Notes under the pieces: model-generated
Seen by the model: only the letters and a program-made list of their open reading frames with translations
What the model was told of the DNA's origin: nothing
Database searches by the model: none
Assembly: GCA_049512075.1 (NCBI GenBank)
Contig: JBEKXL010000003.1
Span: 64,001-128,000, forward strand
Direction of reading: 5' to 3'
Source: Candidatus Bathyarchaeia archaeon
GTDB lineage: Archaea; Thermoproteota; Bathyarchaeia; Bathyarchaeales; Bathycorpusculaceae
Length of the DNA stretch: 64,000 bases
Program-made: the position numbers and the translations under genes
In this document: piece by piece, positions 62,101 through 64,000 of the stretch
Position numbering within the stretch: position 1 is the first letter of the stretch
How the letters are laid out: the number at the start of each line of letters is the position of its first letter

Positions 62101-62303
62101 ATATCCACTTGAAATGGGCCTTGCATTTCCAAGCATTGCTTTGCGATCTCTGAAAAGCCAGCTTCATCATCGACGTGCAAGACCTTAAGTGGCTTTTTCT
62201 CGTTTGAGTCAACTACTACTTCTGCAGAAGACTCAACAGCACATTCAGTCACGCAAGCCACTTCCATGTTCCCATAGCTGATAACAACACGCGCGCTATT
62301 CAC
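59160..62303 (-). CDS. Hybrid sensor histidine kinase: REC, 5 PAS, HisKA, HATPase; start uncertain
   Basis: HVDDE..SDYQMP..K receiver; five PAS ending D(V/I/A)(T/S); HDVRN; NLIDNS, DDGVG, GYGL. Confidence 0.92.
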   Translation of the reverse strand: MNSARVVISYGNMEVACVTECAVESSAEVVVDSNEKKPLKVLHVDDEAGFSEIAKQCLEMQGPFQVDMATSVEEAKEKLKEETYDAVVSDYQMPGKDGLEFLKELRQSGNTVPFLIFTGRGREEVAIKALNLGADQYLNKNGDPETVYCELGHAIRTTVERKRAAEERTCAEMALRACGERYGRLFDSTIEGILINGSDGKISSLNPAAANILGYSNQKELIGTHAVKLYADPEDRTRVLRELMKNGYVKDWEMVWKKKDGILIEILASVTVQKDEKGNMLRTEGIFRDVTEKKKAEKALRESEEKYRTLANSLPEIAFEADEQGKLAFVNERTYVITGYTREDFAKGLNALDFLVPEHRGRAQENLKKVFSGEKTGTNEYTFQRKDGSTFPVLISSGPVVHEDKIVGLRGIVVDISQFKKMEMELSENQTRLQNIFDVSADAIVVIDLNGKVADCNEQAQKVFGYSSKSEFVGRNAFESAAKKDWQRAMENMERTLKQGLMRNIEYTIIAKNGSERLLSVSASVLKDLSGNPTGFVSVIEDITERKKAEEALRESEEKFRNLAEQSPNMIFINKKGRIVYANKKSEEIMGYTKEEFYSPDFNFLKLIAPESRELIKSDFAKHMKGEEAAPYEYKLLTRQGRTIDAILTSKLITYDGESAILGTVTDISERRQEHEVVRRSAEQARSLLEFQNKVIDTAIVWINLLDREGNVILWNRAAELISGYSREEVIGHKKIWEWLYPDPQYCAKIFAHQRRTIEHNESAFRDFETVIRCKDGALKTISWYSNNILDENGETVGSIAMGIDATELKKTEKDLQEAIERLAIMNEKLRVVGLLSRHDVRNKLQLVALKAYLAKRELPAESKVVEDLAAIEKAVQQSVEIFDFARVYEMLGSEELVYVDVEKTVSEAALLFLDLKGVNVVNECRGLTVLADSLLRQLFYNLIDNSLKYGQKVTRIKVHYERTSQDALKLVFEDDGVGIPIAEKPKLFKEGYSTGGSTGYGLYLIKKMMEVYGWTIQETGEPGKGAQFTMTIPETNQSGKEDYRIA

Positions 62304-62390
62304 TCAAGCAGTCTAACCGTTGATAAAACAATTATGAAGTCATAATCAATACCCAAAGTCGAAAAAAGTCGATGCTTATCCAAGTGCGGG

Positions 62391-63470
62391 CTAGGCCCTT
62401 TTCTTGGTTTCAACCTTCGCTTCTATCTTGTATCGAGCAAGGTTTTCTTTTACTTTGGAGCTTACTTTGTCTGGTGAAACGTCTTTGCTCAGATTGCCCC
62501 GAACTTCTACGTGCACCCGAGGGTTCGACCCGCTGTTCGTTAGAGGCAGTATGACAGCATCGTGAAATTTTGCCCATTTTCTCCAGTCCAACTCCACAGA
62601 AACGCCCACTGATGTGCATTGATCTGAACCTGAAGGTATGGTATTATACCTTTCTTTTGGTCTGCTTGGTTGTTCGCAAATCCTTCTTTCTTCAGCGGGT
62701 CGGTTAATGTTCCGAACGCTCGTATGTTGTATTTCATGACAACCCCCATTCTCAGTTTCAGATACTGCTTCTGTTTGATCGTAAGTCGCACCCGGTTTTT
62801 CATGTTCTGCAGCACGCGCGCTAGTATTCTTGAGAGCCAGTCCAACACAGTTGCTTGACAGAGGAAAAGCAGTGATGATGAACGTCTGCGTGGAACCGTC
62901 TTCAAAGGTCCGGTTATATGTTCCCACGTCTCTTGGTTTATTGGATCGCATTACCTCAACAAGAGTCTGCGGAATTCCTTCTTTGTCTGCTTCAGGAAAT
63001 ACTTCAGTGATTTTTTTTCCACAGACCTGGTCCATAGGCATTCTCAACAGTTTTGCGCCAGCAGCGTTGGAAACAACGAGCCTGAATGAATCTAGATTAT
63101 CCCAATCCTCGAGGGAAAAGACGACGATACTTCTTTGGAAGTTGGTGACAAACTCCTGGTGTATCCATGCGCAGGCTCGTCTCAGTGATTCGTTGAAGTC
63201 GAAATCGGACTCCTTCCAGTTGAAATCCATCCCAATCTTTTCATATAGTCGCTTTGCGATGCAATACTCGAGAACGCTTGCTCCGCTACCTAGGAGTTCG
63301 TTGATGACTCTTGTGAAAATTCCAGTTTTGAGCGGAATCTCTCTTTTCCTGACGTTGAGGCGTTCCAAGCAAAGATGAACCGCTGATTTCACCTCTTCTC
63401 CGAGAGAGGACAGAGACTCGTCTATGGCTTGAAGCAAGAGAAAGTCCAAGTCGCTTTTCAGCAATGACAA
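62391..63470 (-). CDS. Apparent chimera: DUF3227/NitrOD-like domain, PAS, and an unrelated C-terminal domain
   Basis: LLQAIDESLSSLG...LLGSGASVLE..I.KRLY; PAS N.AG..L...GKKITEVFP; low-complexity linker after TAGCGCGCGTGC. Confidence 0.6.
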   Translation of the reverse strand: MSLLKSDLDFLLLQAIDESLSSLGEEVKSAVHLCLERLNVRKREIPLKTGIFTRVINELLGSGASVLEYCIAKRLYEKIGMDFNWKESDFDFNESLRRACAWIHQEFVTNFQRSIVVFSLEDWDNLDSFRLVVSNAAGAKLLRMPMDQVCGKKITEVFPEADKEGIPQTLVEVMRSNKPRDVGTYNRTFEDGSTQTFIITAFPLSSNCVGLALKNTSARAAEHEKPGATYDQTEAVSETENGGCHEIQHTSVRNINRPAEERRICEQPSRPKERYNTIPSGSDQCTSVGVSVELDWRKWAKFHDAVILPLTNSGSNPRVHVEVRGNLSKDVSPDKVSSKVKENLARYKIEAKVETKKRA

Positions 63471-63526
63471 ATCCTCTTAGCACACGCATACAATGTCTAA
63501 GCTGGAGATCTAAACTGGTTCCCAAC

Positions 63527-64000
63527 TTAAGGTGTCGTGCGCTTTTCTTCCTGTGAAGCATTTGTCTGAAGCAGTTTAGCCGTTCGTTCTTTGACGAAAA
63601 CCTTAACTTTTTCCTCGGTCATCAGATCCTCTTCTTTTCGTTTTTTCAGTCCCTTTTCTATTGCCTCTAGGAGTTTGTCGGGCATAACTGGCTTCACAAG
63701 ATAGTCATCTGCTTCCTTTCTCACTGCCTCAATAGCATTGTCGACCGTCGGGTAACCTGTTACGATGATTTTCACAGTTCTCGGCGTTGATTCACCAAAC
63801 GCTGCCAGCAATTCTGTTCCTTCAACGTCTGGAAGTCTAATGTCTAACAAGGCCACATCAAAGGTTTTTTCCTTCGCTTTGTCCATCGCCTTTCTCCCTG
63901 TGTAAGCTATGTCCGTTTCATATCCTTCCTTCTCCAGCAACAGGCTTAACGCCTCACACGTGGTCTTGTCATCTTCTACGATGAGGATACTCTTTTTATC
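63527..64000 (-). CDS. Response regulator receiver protein; 5' end beyond window
   Basis: Frame open to the edge: ILIVEDD, LLDIRLPD, VTGY, YLVKP. Confidence 0.9.
   Translation of the reverse strand, partial: DKKSILIVEDDKTTCEALSLLLEKEGYETDIAYTGRKAMDKAKEKTFDVALLDIRLPDVEGTELLAAFGESTPRTVKIIVTGYPTVDNAIEAVRKEADDYLVKPVMPDKLLEAIEKGLKKRKEEDLMTEEKVKVFVKERTAKLLQTNASQEEKRTTP

Overview
Archaeal chromosomal window, most likely Bathyarchaeia. This is inferred from the archaeal EF-2 tail, an intron-containing tRNA, BRE/TATA promoters, a PEF-CTERM surface protein and the Hdr/Mvh plus REC-PAS-kinase gene content. The central core block (about 7.3-41.2 kb) encodes an anaerobic organic-acid and redox module: methylmalonyl-CoA mutase and epimerase, a three-subunit biotin carboxyltransferase with no biotin carboxylase in the window (transcarboxylase-like), a soluble thiol:fumarate reductase-type SdhA/SdhB-CCG pair, tungsten AOR, an expanded GltD-like/MvhD-wHTH/HdrABC/MvhDGA cluster preceded by an RHH-GcvH fusion that lacks the lipoyl lysine, and an ACD-GNAT fusion. 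The flanking accessory regions (1.3-7.3, 41.3-51.3 and 57.4-64 kb) carry a tRNA-adjacent nucleotidyltransferase toxin-antitoxin-like islet, many small genes, pseudogenes and an Fe-S/sulfur-relay cluster. The most striking non-coding signal is a recurrent palindromic (TA)GCGCGCGC(TA)-type motif. It separates accessory genes, sits at two gene truncation points and one apparent domain junction, and flanks a small TIR element. A candidate hairpin sRNA with its own promoter lies near 6.9-7.05 kb.
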